A program made the translations under genes and the position numbers. A stretch of DNA of 64,000 nt from positions 22,650 to 86,649 of the forward strand of contig NW_015160219.1 of NCBI RefSeq assembly GCF_001447785.1. Reading direction: 5' to 3'. This DNA is from Gekko japonicus (taxonomy: Eukaryota). How positions within the stretch are numbered: position 1 is the first letter of the stretch; each line of letters starts with the position of its first letter. The notes beneath the pieces are model-generated. The model was not told the origin of the DNA, did no database searches, and was given only the letters and a program-made list of their open reading frames with translations. Shown here one piece after another: positions 11,514 through 24,600 of this stretch.

Positions 11514-13629
11514 GTCAGTAACTGCTGTCCAGGCTAGTATCTGATGCACAGTCTCTTCAAGTCAGTGAAGCATTTTCTAGTACTCTGATTTCAAGAGGCA
11601 TGGAAACCCCTTGAATCTTACAATTATTTACCTAACACACCTAAAACAGAATTTTTTCAGAAGTTTAAATAATTTTGGCAGCAATGAAAACCTAAAATGT
11701 GTTTAATGATAATTCACAAAGAGTTCAGTGTTTTCGGTGTTACAAAGTTCAGCTTAATTGCCAAACATGTTGGCACTGGCAGGCCTACCTGTTGTGACTC
11801 TATGGGAGAATGTTGGTCCAAACCATACACTTTTTTGCTTATTACAAAATTTGTTTTCTACCTTCAACTTTTATTTTTTCGTACATCTCAGTTGGCAAAA
11901 ATTAAAGACATCTGTACTATAGTAGCATAGGGTACCGCAGTTTGCAACTCTTTCTCAAGTATTGGGTATACTTGCAATTTTTCTTATAGATAGTAAAGAC
12001 ATTTATACTTTTAAACTCCAGAAATACGCCAAACAGTATAGGTTTATGTGCTCATTATTTGTGAATTTCCTGCATTGTACAGGGGGTTGGACTAGATGAT
12101 CCTGGAGGACCCTTCCAACTCTGTGATTCTAAGTTATGTGACACATTTTATGTTGTTCAATTCTTGAAGGAAGTTTTTGTTAGATAAGAAGGAGAGTATT
12201 GTATGTATTTCAAACCCCCCATTTCCTCTTTTTCTGGGGGGAAAAACCCCACATTGGGGGAAAGTCCCCCCACCCCAATGGCTTCAAAGTTTCTGGAAGT
12301 TTTACATCTATAGGACTCTTCCTGTGTCTTTCTGAGGGTGGGAAAGGGTGACTATAGGGATTGGGTTGATGGTTACAATCCCAATGCCTTGCTGTACATT
12401 CAGTGCACAGATGATTATAACATATCATATTTTTTGAAAAATATTTTTACAATAATTTCTTATATAATTATTCATCTTAATCACAATATAAGAAATATCA
12501 AAAATATCAAATATCATCTCCAAAGAATCTCATAAGATAATGTACAACCTTATAATTAATATTAGTCCTTCCCTGTTAAATGTTTCAAAAGGGAGGACTC
12601 CTTAAAGTCTCTTTGTAACATGTGCTCTGTCTTCCTCCAACAGAGGTCCAGATATCCTTCTGTTTCAGAATCTTCCTCAGGGAGTTCAACAATAATTTTC
12701 AGCACAAGGTTGCCAAATACCACAGTTTTTATCCAAAGTTCTCTTTCAATGAATGCTGCAAAAGAGTTTTCAATGAGCTACAAGCCTCCTCCAAAATGGA
12801 AAGCATTGAGAGTGTAGCCTTGAACTCAACCCCTGTAGTCACTGAAGTCTTCCTCCCTAAAAAAAGGAAAGCAAGAAGTTTTGTTTGTTTCCATACTGTA
12901 TTAAAGAGTGGCTAATTTAAAGTCAGTAAACTTTTGAAAATTGAAACTGTGTAAACTTGGCATTCGTCAGAAAAACAAAACCAAATAAACAGTACAGCAG
13001 AAATAATGAGCAGCAACTTTCCAAATTCTTGAGACCAACTTGGCAATGACCTTGTGAAGTAGTTTAGGTTGGGAGAGAATCTGATTACCCTGTGAATGTC
13101 AAGGGTCCATTCTGCATCTGGCATTCACTCCACATTTCCTCAGGACTGACGAAAAGGTGTAGCTCAAAGCCACATTCAGATATCCTGGGGCGAGCTGTAC
13201 CAACTGTGAAGTCACGCTGAACAGCAGAAGGTACCTTAAAGGTATGCAGAAGGTACCATAAAACTTGATGAACAAAGAAAGTGAAAGCAACATGCAGTGT
13301 AGAGGGGAGATTTACGACCTGACATGACTGTGGGAAAACTGATGGGTACAGAATCAGCCATGAGTGGGTTGGAATCTAAAGCCAGGTCTTCCTGGCTGTA
13401 GTCCAGCAACCATGCTGGCTTATGCAGACCTTGCGTTGCCTGAAACACATGAAGTTCAAAATAGAGATTCAGATACTATGAATGGTCAGAGAAACAAGTT
13501 TGAGTTACATTAAGATTTTCATGTATATGTCACTGACATAAAAAAATTAAGCGGGATTAGAACAATTAATGCTGCCTGAAGTTACTGTCATATTTATGAT
13601 GTATGGTAATATGCTGTTGAGACATTAGT

Positions 13630-13846
13630 AAAAAGGTAAAGGTTCCCTTGCTTGAAAGCCAGTCGAGTCCGACTCTAGGGTTGCGGTGCTCATCTCTGTT
13701 TCAAAGCCGAAGAGCCAGTGCTGTCCGTCGAACGGCTAGGTTGGCAGGAGCTGGGACCAGAGACGGGCGCTCACTCCGTCATGCGGCACACTCGGGTCTC
13801 GAACTGCAGTTCAGCGTCTTAACCACTTGAGCCACCTTAGCTCCTA
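13630..13846 (-). mobile_element. Sauria SINE with internal deletions
   Basis: Reverse complement matches the head and tail of the 19561 copy. Confidence 0.82.
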
Positions 13847-13848
13847 CT

Positions 13849-14789
13849 GTTAAATTTTAATTCCATATCATTGGTACTCTTCAGAAATGTTTTATTTTTA
13901 AGAACCTTTCCTCTAAAAGTGTGAGTTGCCCCCTCGTGATGATACTGCCTGCTCTTCGTAAGTGAATGATCTGGCCACTGGAGATAGTTCTATGTCTGCG
14001 CTTGGGTTATAAGCTGAAATGCATGCAATATTAAGTGCTGTGGAAAATAACTCCTTCTCTTCAAGAAGAAAATACTATGTGTTCAGTATCCTTAGCTTTA
14101 AGGGCCTTTTCCACAATTTGTTTAGGGCACAATAAATGCAAAGCGTGACTCAATTAGTTTTTCTATTGTTCACCTTTAAAAAAAAAACACAGCTAGTTTT
14201 ATATGCAGACAGGAGGCTGAAATTGAATATTATAATTTGCTATTGAAAAGGAACTTGTGGAGTATTAGGAAAAGGTAAAAAAAATGATTGGGGAGCATAC
14301 TTTGGCTGATCTTTAAATTTTAATTCCATATCATTGGTACTCTTCAGAAATGTTTTATTTTTAAGAACCTTTCCTCTAAAAGTGTGAGTTGCCCCCTCGT
14401 GATGATACTGCCTGCTCTTCGTAAGTGAATGATCTGGCCACTGGAGATAGTTCTATGTCTGCGCTTGGGTTATAAGCTGTAATGCATGCAATATTAAGTG
14501 CTATGGAAAATAACTACTTCTCTTCAAGTAGAAAATACTACGTGTTAAGTATCCTTAGCTTTAAGGGCCTTTTTCACAATTTGTTTATGGCACAATAAAT
14601 GCAAAGCGTGACTGCAAAGCGTGACTCAATTAGTTTTTCTATTGTTCACCTTTAAAAAAAAAACACAGCTAGTTTTATATGCAGACAGGAGGCTGAAATT
14701 GAATATTATAATTTGCTATTGAAAAGGAACTTGTGGAGTATTAGGAAAAGGTAAAAAAAATGATTGGGGAGCATACTTTGGCTGATCTT
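13849..14789. repeat. Tandem duplication of ~463 bp, two copies
   Basis: 13849-14311 versus 14312-14789; about 8 substitutions plus a 13-bp internal duplication in copy 2. Confidence 0.92.
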
Positions 14790-15568
14790 GTGGAAGTGAT
14801 CTCCGAAGATGCTAAGCTTCTACATAGCAACCATGTTAAGTGGCCTGTGAGTCTGACTTTTTTTTGCCCCACTCCCAAATAAAAACCTACAGAGGATACT
14901 ATTATTCATTTAAACTGTAAATGGCCCATAGATGTGCAGACTGGTAGGCTGGTCAAAGATTTTCAGGCTTGTGGGTTGTTTCCCATGCTGTGTGAGCACA
15001 GCAATAGTCATGGAAGAGAACTTTACCATCTGTCCATCCTGCCATACACCTTCAAATCCAGCCCTGACCGGGATAGCCCAGCAAGCCGATCTCGTTAGAG
15101 CTCAGAAGCTAAGCATGGCCGACCCTGGCAGGTACTTGGATAGGAGACCTCTAAGGAATACCAGAGCTGGGACACAGGGACAGATAATAGTAAGCCATAT
15201 CTCTGAAACGTTCAAGCCCCACTAGGGGTCTCCAGACTGCCAGACATACACATACACACACATGTAAAATACTCATCCAAAAAATCCTACTCTCAGAAGT
15301 TGGTAGAACTCCAGAGAAGGGAGGGAGATAAACTAGGCATCTGCAGTGGGAGTATATAGTTGGTAAAAATTGCTCGTTCTGAAAGTGGATCCCAGGCTTG
15401 CAACTTTTGTGGACTGGTTTGGTTTTCTTCTGAACTGAATGTACAGTAACATCTGATGGTAATAACTCTTTCCTCAAATATATGCTTTGTGAACATGCTG
15501 ACTGAAGCAAATAATTTAAACAAGGAAATGCAAATTCAAACACGTTTCTATTTCCTTACCAGCAGAAG

Positions 15569-15626
15569 ATGATCTCTGTGTTGTGGCTTGCATGCTGGAT
15601 CTCTGTGGCGTATTCGTTGCATAATA
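15569..15626 (+). CDS. IL1R1: IL1R1 coding exon 1: signal peptide MISVLWLACWISVAYSLHN
   Basis: Acceptor tttccttaccAG, ATG with A at -3, hydrophobic 19-mer, phase-1 GTAAGT donor. Confidence 0.8.
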
Positions 15627-18600
15627 GTAAGTCAAAATGTGCATATTGCTCGCTTGCTTACGTACAGTGTGGATAGAACATGATCATCATGTAGATTCAG
15701 TTTTCAAAAATATTATGAAACAGTACATGTTAGCTAACAAATATTGGTGAGAAGCCAGTTTCTTTGTTTTGGTACATTGAAGCTGGTTCACACATGCATA
15801 TTATGGGAAAATTCATTCTTCCTCAATTACTCACTCTTAGGATGTGTGAACTGCAAAGCAGTGTGAGATAAAGTGAAATTTCCATCTGTAGTTTATTTAA
15901 ACACATGATTCACCATTAGACTCTGCAGTGAGCAAGCATTTGTTGAGCAGTCCTGTTCCCCTTTCTCGTTTACCAATAAGGTAGTCAAACAAATATGTGG
16001 TTTTTGAGTAAAGGATACCGTTTTATCTGCTTCTGTTAAAGGAGAGGATGGGATCATAGTTTTTGAGAACTTTTATTCCTCCAAGTCCTTTAAAATTCTA
16101 CCAAGCTCCATCATGATGATGCCTATATCAGTTCTTACATGTAGAGTCACTAATAATTTTCTTTGTTATGTCGGGAGTTTGTATAATGGTCTTAAACATC
16201 TGCTGGAAAAATCTTAAGTAAAATTCCAGTAATTCAAAAAAAAAGAAGAAGTTGTTGTGCTAATAGTCTCACAGACGGAAAGTTTCACTCTACTTTTTTG
16301 GCAGTGCATCAAGCTATAATTAAATGTCAAACAAGCACTATAAGAAAGGCTTTTGGGTTGTTGTTTTTTTGGGGGGGGGTTAAGAAGCTTCTAATTGTAG
16401 AAAGCAAGAGTGTTCTCTTGTGGCATCTTGAAGGCCTGTGCTTTTCCAGTATGAAAATTGCAATCAGCAGTCCACTCTCAGTATTACATCTTGGTTGCCT
16501 TAACAATTGGGCTTATGCATATTTTGCATTCCGTGTAATATTGAATGAGACACAGAACTAGCTTTCTGGGCTTTGGTATGTACATTTTGATTAAGCCAAA
16601 TTGTGTTCTCCAATCAATTCCTGTTAAACCGGGCATGAAGTTTCCATTGTTTCATTTTACATTTGAGAGCCAATATGGTGTAGTGGTTTCCAATCCCCAC
16701 TCTGCCATGGAAATTTGCTAAGTGATCGTGGACTAGTCACACTGTCTCAGCCTAGCCTGCATCACAGGGTGGTTGTTAGGAGAAAATAGAGAACTGTGTA
16801 AACCACTTGGGGTCCCCATGTCAGAGAAAGGCGGGGTATATTTGCACAGTATAATGTTGTTTATACGATTCAGAGAAGTTCGGCTATAGCTGAGAATACA
16901 GTGCTAGGAAGGAAGGAGATATTTGTGAAGATCAGGAGCAATAGACAGTGGAGGGGATGAGTTAAACTGACTGTCCTGTGATTGCTCAAAATTTCTCTGA
17001 TTCTTAATAGGGAGTGTAAGTGACAGTGGGTAATAGACCATGGTTTGCTTGCAGCCATAAGGACAAGTAACTAACCTTCCCCCATAGTAACAATGCAGCA
17101 GATCTCAAATCCACAGTGGTCTAATACTGAGCAGAATTTGCTGTTATTATATGCAAGCTGAATGCTGTTGTATATTTTCAGATATTTGAGAAGTATCAAA
17201 TGGAGCAGAGTTGTAAACACATTTTTTTTTTTAGGGTCACGTATTGTTATCCTTGTGCCTGTAGGAGAGGCTGTGGCTATCAGCTGTCCACTATTATCTT
17301 CTCAGCAATCTAACCGCAATGTGACTTGGTACAGAAATGGCAGTGTTATACCACTAATAGCAGATAACTACCTGAGGATCCATCAGCGAAGGAACCTGCT
17401 TTGGCTTATCCCTGCCAAGATAGAAGATTCAGGATTTTATGAATGTCACATCGGGTATGTCTGTGTGAAGTTAATACTTTCTGTAATTTGGAAAAGCAGT
17501 ATTATAGGTCTATCTGTTGATACATCTGAACAGGAGATAGTTCAGAGACAGTGATAGGAAAGCACATAATATCTTGAATTGACCAGTTTGATATTGTCAA
17601 GTCAAAAAAGACTCTTCTGGCAGAATATAAATATCAGACAGTTCCATCCTAAGTGGAATGCAGCTCTTATTAGCAGGGCTAATAGAAAAAATGGTTTTGT
17701 ATTTAAATTTTATATTTTTATCAGTCAAGGAAGTATTTTTCATGCCAGTCATGAACACTTGATGATACAGTCTGGTGTCAGTTTGGTATAGTGGTTAAGA
17801 GCGGCGGACTCTAATCTGGAGAACCGGGTTTGATTCCCCACTCTTCAACATGCGGCCAGCCGGGTGACCTTGGGTCAGTCACAGTTCTCTCAAAGCTGTT
17901 CTCTCAAGAGCAGTTCTCAGAGCTCTCTCAGCCCCACCTACCTCACAGGGTGTCTGTTGTGAGGAGAAGAAGGGAAGGAGATTGTAAGCTGCTCTGAGAC
18001 TCTGAGGGAAGGGCCGGATATAAATCCAACTCCTCCTCCTACTAATATGAATATAGTTTGTTGTATTTTCAAGCATAAAGGCTAAAGAGAGTAAATGGCT
18101 ATGATGTTGGCAAGTTTTTCTTCATATTTTTTCTGTGTAAATTTATGTGCCTTGGCATTTCTCAGAAGAATTTTCACTAAATAACTAATTTTATTTATTT
18201 ATAACATTTTTATGCTGCCTTTTCACCCAGTTTAGGGTTCCTGAGGTGACAAACATTAAAGCAAAACATTAAAACATTCCAGACACTAAAAAGCATTTAA
18301 ATACATATACATATATATATACACACACAAACACAAACATATTTACAACAATTAAATGAAACGTAATATAAACTCCCTAAAATATAGACACACAAAAACA
18401 CAGAGACAAGGAGGAGGTCTAAAAGGAGTTAGAACAGCTAGATTCAAGTCTGATAGCACCTTAGAGACCAATAAGATTTTTAGGGCATCAGCATTCGAGA
18501 CTCCAGGCGCCTTTCGTCAGGCATCTGACAAAGGGACCCCAAAAGTCTTGTTGGACTCCAGGATGCTACCGGACTTGAATCTAGCTGTTCTACTGCAGAT

Positions 18601-21600
18601 CAACATGGCTACTCTCTGAAACTCTTCATAAATAGGAGTTAGTGAGAAAATGCCAAAAAAAACCCCAAACAAACAAAAACCAACAACAACACCTTTCACC
18701 TGCTGGCCAAGGGCAACAATAGAAGGAGACAGACAAATCTCCCTTGGGGAGAGAGTTCCAAAGTTTGGGGGCCGTGACCAAGAAGGCCCTTTCTTGGGTT
18801 GCCATCTGTCTAGCCTTAGATAGTGGGGGCACCTGAATCAGGGCCTCCAAAGACAACCAGAGTGGTTACATAGATTCATATGAGAGTAAGTGGTCCTTCA
18901 GGTATGCTGGTCCCAAGCTGTATAGGGATATAAATGTCAATACCAGCACTTTGCGTTGGGCCAAGAAAGAAACTCGGAGTGAGTATAAATGCAACAAGAT
19001 GGAATAATAGGGTTTCTATGACCCACTCCTGCCAGCAGTATTCTGTATCACCTGTGGCTTCCAGACAGTCAAGGGCAGCACCATGTAGAGTGCATTACAG
19101 TAATCTAGTGTAGCTGTTACCAGGGAATGCATCATAGTGGCAAGATTTTTCCTGCCCCTAAACGTCCATAGCTGTCTCACCAGCTGAAGCTGGTAAACGG
19201 TGTCCTGGCTATCACTATCACTTGCACCCCCAAGCTACAAACCTGCTCCATTAGGGAGAGTGCAACCCCATTCAGAACAGGAGATACCCCTGTTCCCAGG
19301 TCAGATACCACCACCCCTGCCACTAGTAGCAGCTCAGTTTTATCAGTAAGGACGGGAATGATTGCTGAATGACTGCAGCCTGAATGTTTAAATTTGATTA
19401 TGTTTCTCTGATATTGAGGTTTGCGGATCTTTCTCACCTGTTGCTGCATCTTGATTGTCAGGTTACAGCATCTATGAATTATTTTGTTCATGCAAACATT
19501 CATAGTTTATGGTTTTGAACATGGAGACATAATTGTTGTTATAAGAGTCCAGTAGTATATAGGAGCTGTGGTGGCTCAAGTGGTTAAGACGCTGAACTGC
19601 AGGCTGTGGAAGGTCGGTAGTTCAGCAGTTCAAGACCCAGGTGCTGCATGACGGAGTGAGCTCCCGTCTCTAGTTCCAGCTCCTGCCAACCTAGCAGTTC
19701 GAAAGCAAGAAATTGCAAGTAGATAAATAGGTACCACTTCAGTGGGAAGGTAACAGCGTTCCGTGCACCTTGGTGTTTAGTCATGCCGGCCACATGACCA
19801 CGGAAATGTCTTCGGACAGTGCTGGCTCTTCGGCTTTGAAACGGAGATGAGCACCGCAACCCTAGAGTCGGACTCGACTGGCTTTCAAGCAAGGGAACCT
19901 TTACCTTTACCTAGCATCTTAAAGACTAATTAATTCATCAGTTTATCAATTGCAACTGATAACAAAGCTCAAGACAATGCATCCACCTGGACTGAATAAA
20001 GACCTAGGTTTCCTGTCGCATCACCAATGCTGATTTCTCCATGCCTGCTACCTCTCTGCATATTACACTTAATCCAGTCATACCTGTTACTGTCGTTTGC
20101 TTGCTAATGTCATTTGGCATCTGAAATCACTCCACTTTCCAAAGTGTAGGACAGATGGACTGACATTCTATCTGTAGCTGAAGAAGTGAGCAGGGACTTA
20201 CGAAAGCTCATACCCTAGTATGAGTCTTTAAGGTGCTACTGGATTGTTACTCTTTTCTACTGCTACAGTCAGACTAACGTGGCTACCTATCTTGTTGTTG
20301 TAAGGTTCTCTAAAGAATGTTTCTGGTTCACAATGTGATGGAAGTAAATGCTGTTTCAGTCATCTGGACTGCCTTGTCTATATGCTTGGGGAGCAGATGT
20401 GATGGGTCTCGGTTTATTTCTGGAAGTTTATAATAAAGTTTTAAGACACTAGGGTCTTAGGGGGGGAGAAAATTAGAAAAATCAAAAGGAATATGTATAT
20501 GGTAGATGAAGTCAGTGCTTGTTACAAAGTAAAACTGGATAGCTGACTTATTAAGTTATTACCGTTGTGCCTGGCCAGTCACACCTGTGCATATTAATGA
20601 GTGCACCTGCGAAATATATCTACTAAGATAAACATGAAAGACATGGATATGCTGATTGTAATATATAAACAGCCTGTACTTGGAGAAAGATGGGGTGGAT
20701 ATGTCCAGAACAAGACATGATCTTTGTTTAGGTACTAACTGAATGTATGACTGCCTTCCTATGTGAATTAGCTATTTTTGTATGTGAACACATGGCTATA
20801 AGACTACAGCCTTCCTTGGTCATTTTAGGAAAGAAGCTTGATATTTCTTTCCTCTTTATTTGCAAATAAAGCTAACAATTCCTTCCAAGATTGATCACCT
20901 CTGTGGGTATTAATTGGGGTTACATGTGGGGGATCCCTATTGGTCTAACAGATGTCAATTAAACATCCCCCAAACATCTTTCAAACAGATCATTTTGAAC
21001 AGTGTGGATTCTTGTCTAGCTAGAGCATTAGGGATTGAGGTAGGTGACCTAGGTTCAGATCCCTGTTCTCACAAATACTGAACATGAGTGGAGGAGGGTC
21101 TTGTCAAGTTTCTGATTTTGGACCGTACAGTACAATATTGTGCTTTGCTTCTTTAAGGTAGGGTAGGATACAAATGTAAAATACAGTTTTATCCCATAAA
21201 ATGATTCAACTATTATGCTACTGTTGGAATTCCTTCTAGTACTCTGCAAGCCTTATTAAATGAACTTCCAGTCCATCTTCTCCGTTTCTAATTTCTTCAT
21301 TATCTATTTCCTTCTGTCCTGTTATGTAGTTATTACACTACTGAACCCTTGTCCAATTCTAGATTTTTTTTATAATTATGTTACTTTCCCCCCTTCTAAA
21401 TAGGTTTGATAGGATGTTGATGTCACTAGTGTGTCAGTACTACATAATAACTAAAGTACAAGCGTGGTACACTTACACTAATTTTTTTCTCTTTACAGAA
21501 ACTCAGAAACAGATGGCAGGGAACTGCAAGTTTTTGAGAACGATGATGGTTTATATTTCAATAAAAATGCAGCCTATGTACAAAAGCTACCCTTAGAGAA

Positions 21601-24600
21601 CAATGGAAATTTGGTTTGTCCCGATCTGGAATATTTTGAAAGTGAAAATAGTTCACTTATTTTGCAGTGGTCCAAGGTAATGTGTGTTTCTCTGGTAATT
21701 AAAACTTTGGATATTGTTTTCTATACAGGCTAACAGCAACAATTAAAAGCAATAATGGATTAGTGCCAAAAGTGTTGGTAAACCTGCTGTTCTTGAGTTT
21801 TGCCTATATTATAAAAACAAACTTTCAAAGTATTTCACCCTGAAGGAATGTGGTTACTTTTAAATGTGCACGTGTGCATCCACGTATACATACAAAACAG
21901 GGAGAAGGCGTCTTCAGGGAATAAGGATAGGGTCCCATTACTATAAATCAAATGTCATTGCCACCATTTGAACACAGACAAATGTGCAAACAATTGTAGT
22001 CATAGATGAAGATGGGTAGCCATGCTGGTCTATAGCAGTAGAAAAGAGCAAGAGTCCAGTAGCACCTTAAAGACTAACAAATTATGTGGCAGGGTATGAG
22101 TTTTCATGAATCACTGCCTCACTTCTTCAGATACCACACAAGGTTGATGGATTTCCATTCTGTACGGCTAAATGTGGTTGCCTTTCATGGAGGCAGATAA
22201 AGATGGGTAGCATATTAGTCTGTCTGTAGCAGTAGAAAAGAGTAAGAGTCCAGTAGCACCTTAAAGACTAACAAAATATGTGGCAGGGTATGAGCTTTGA
22301 TGAGCCACTGTTCTCTTCTTCAGATACTTCTTCAGTGAGCAGTGACTCACGGAAGCTCATACCCTGCCACAAATTGTGTTACTCTTTAAGGTGCTACTGG
22401 ACTCTTGCTCTTTTGTACTGCTACAGATGAACTAACATGGCTACCCATCTTGATCTGTCTCCATGGAAGGCACCACATTTAGCCGTACAGAATGGAAATC
22501 CATCAATTGTAGTCATGGTCAAAATACCTGAAAGACTGCCTACTCCCGTATGAACCTACCCAACCTCTAAGTTCATTTTGTGAGGCTATGTTTTGGATGC
22601 CTATGCCTTCTGAGGTTAGGTGGCTGGCAGCCAGAGAGAAGGCCTTCTCAGACTATTCACCAGAATAATGGAACTCTGTCCTCAGGATGGACTGGCCATT
22701 TAATTTAAAGGAAGTTCCTTGTGGACCACTGCCCTGTCAGACCACTGGTTGCTAGAACCAAGCATAACCAAGCTCTAGGAACTCTCCCTTCATCGACAGT
22801 GGTAGTTGGTGTCAGCTCACCAGTTGTCTTTCCCCATACTGCTGCCAATTTTCGCACTACTGAGCTGAATGGTCCCAACAGCACTGGCTTGTAGCACCAA
22901 AGGGACCACTCAACTTTGCTTGCCCCCGAGCCACTTTCACTTTCCAGTCTGCTCCTGCTGTGTTTCCCCAGGGATATCTTTCTGTTCCCTTCTTTCAGTG
23001 TCGACTGTCAGCAGGTGAAGACTTTTTATTGTTTGTGTGGCATTCGCACAGTGCTCCCTTTTTCTTGCCCAATGTTTTTAATTACATTTTCATGTGCTTT
23101 TAATGTGTATGTTAGTTTTGGTTTTAGTTATTTTTATGACTTGTTTATTGGATATGTTTTTGTAATGTTTTGTTTTAACTATTTAAACTATTCTTTAAAA
23201 ATTATGTTATTATACAATTACAGACAATTTAGAGAGAAAACAAATTTGCATCAACAGGATACCAAAAATCAAAATAACACATTAAATAGATTAAAAGATT
23301 AAACTGGGGATAATAACCGATAATGAATATATTGGTAGGTAGTAATCTAATAACCTCAGCATAGGAGCATAAAAGTCAGCAATAAGGACGTAAACTTCCA
23401 AGTACTAAAACATTATAATTATGTTAGAAAGTTAGCATTTTTTGATATTCAGCATTACTAGGAATGATTTCACGTGAAGCAAATTATGTCAAGACTGGGA
23501 ACCAGATTTCTTTTGTTTTAACTCTTAACCATCTTGGTAGCCCTGATTGGGCAGAAAGGTGGCACACAAGTTTTGTAGATTTTTTTTTTTTTAAACACCC
23601 AATCATGACCAAAATATATTGCAAATAATACACATAGCAATCGCAGTTTCCACTAAATTTTTGGTGTCATTAGTAGCCATACGGAAAAACTACTAAAAAT
23701 CAGTCCATTAGTTCTTCATATGCAATAATGTATACAAAATTTGGCGAAAACATTTGAACTGAAACAAAAATAATGGATAAAATGTAATACCGAGACCCGG
23801 GTTGCCGCATGACAGAATGAGCTCCCGTCTCTAGTTCCAGCTCCTGCCAACCTAGCAGTTCGAAAGCAAGAAATTGCAAGTAAATAAATAGGTACCACTT
23901 CGGTGGGAAGGTAACAGCGTTCCGTGCGCCTTGGTGTTTAGTCATGCTGGCCACGTGACCACAGAAAAGTCTTTGGACAGCGCTGGTTCTTCGGCTTTGA
24001 AACAGAGATGAGCACCGCAACCCTAGAGTCGGATTCGACTGGCTTTCGAGCAAGGGAACCTTTACCTTTACCTTTTTAATCTAATAAAACTCAACAATAA
24101 GGACATAAACTTCCAAGTACTAAAACATTATAATTGTGTCAGAAAGTTAGCATTTTTTGATATTCAGTATTACTAGGAATTATTTCACATGAAGCAAATT
24201 ATGTCAAGACTGGGAACCAGATTTCTTTTGTTTTAACTCTTAACCATCTTGGTAGCCCTGATTAGGCAGAAAGGTGGCACACAAGTTTTGTAGATTAAAA
24301 AAAAAAACCCCGATCATGACCAAAATATAGTGCAAATAAAAAATATATTGCAAATAATACACATAGCAATCGCAGTTTCCACTAAATTTTTGGTGTCATT
24401 AGTAGCCATACGGAAAAACTACTAAAAATCAGTCCATTAGTTCTTCATATGCAATAATGTATACAAAATTTGGCGAAAACATTTGAACTGAAACAAAAAT
24501 AATGGATAAAATGTAATACTGGCAACTTTAAAACATTATATCAAAGGATTGTTTCATATTTGTTCTTATGTATTTTATCTGCGGTGCTGATCTTTTAGAA

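Larger units (their letters stand above)
19546..20291 (+). mobile_element. Penelope-like element 3' portion: inverted 5' pLTR piece, ORF end and pLTR
   Basis: LQLITKLKTMHPPGLNKDLGFLSH, typical of the GIY-YIG C-terminus; 13-bp TSD TTGTTGTT(A/G)TAAG; interrupted by a Sauria SINE. Confidence 0.75.

Noticed and set aside
12620-13236. Apparent two-exon minus-strand pseudogene (ECGFELHLF..GEEDFSDYRG)
   Set aside because: The first piece belongs to a repeat also present at about 40650-40870. The second has two stops and no recognisable family. A tblastn hit would be needed to revive it.
17162-17234. Upstream acceptor at 17181, or a frameshift in the T11 run giving an N-terminal SCKHIFF
   Set aside because: Splicing the phase-1 signal exon to 17182 gives an immediate TGA. 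The acceptor at 17234 is in phase, and the partner Cys for an N-terminal Cys is absent from exon 3, so no frameshift or pseudogene is needed.
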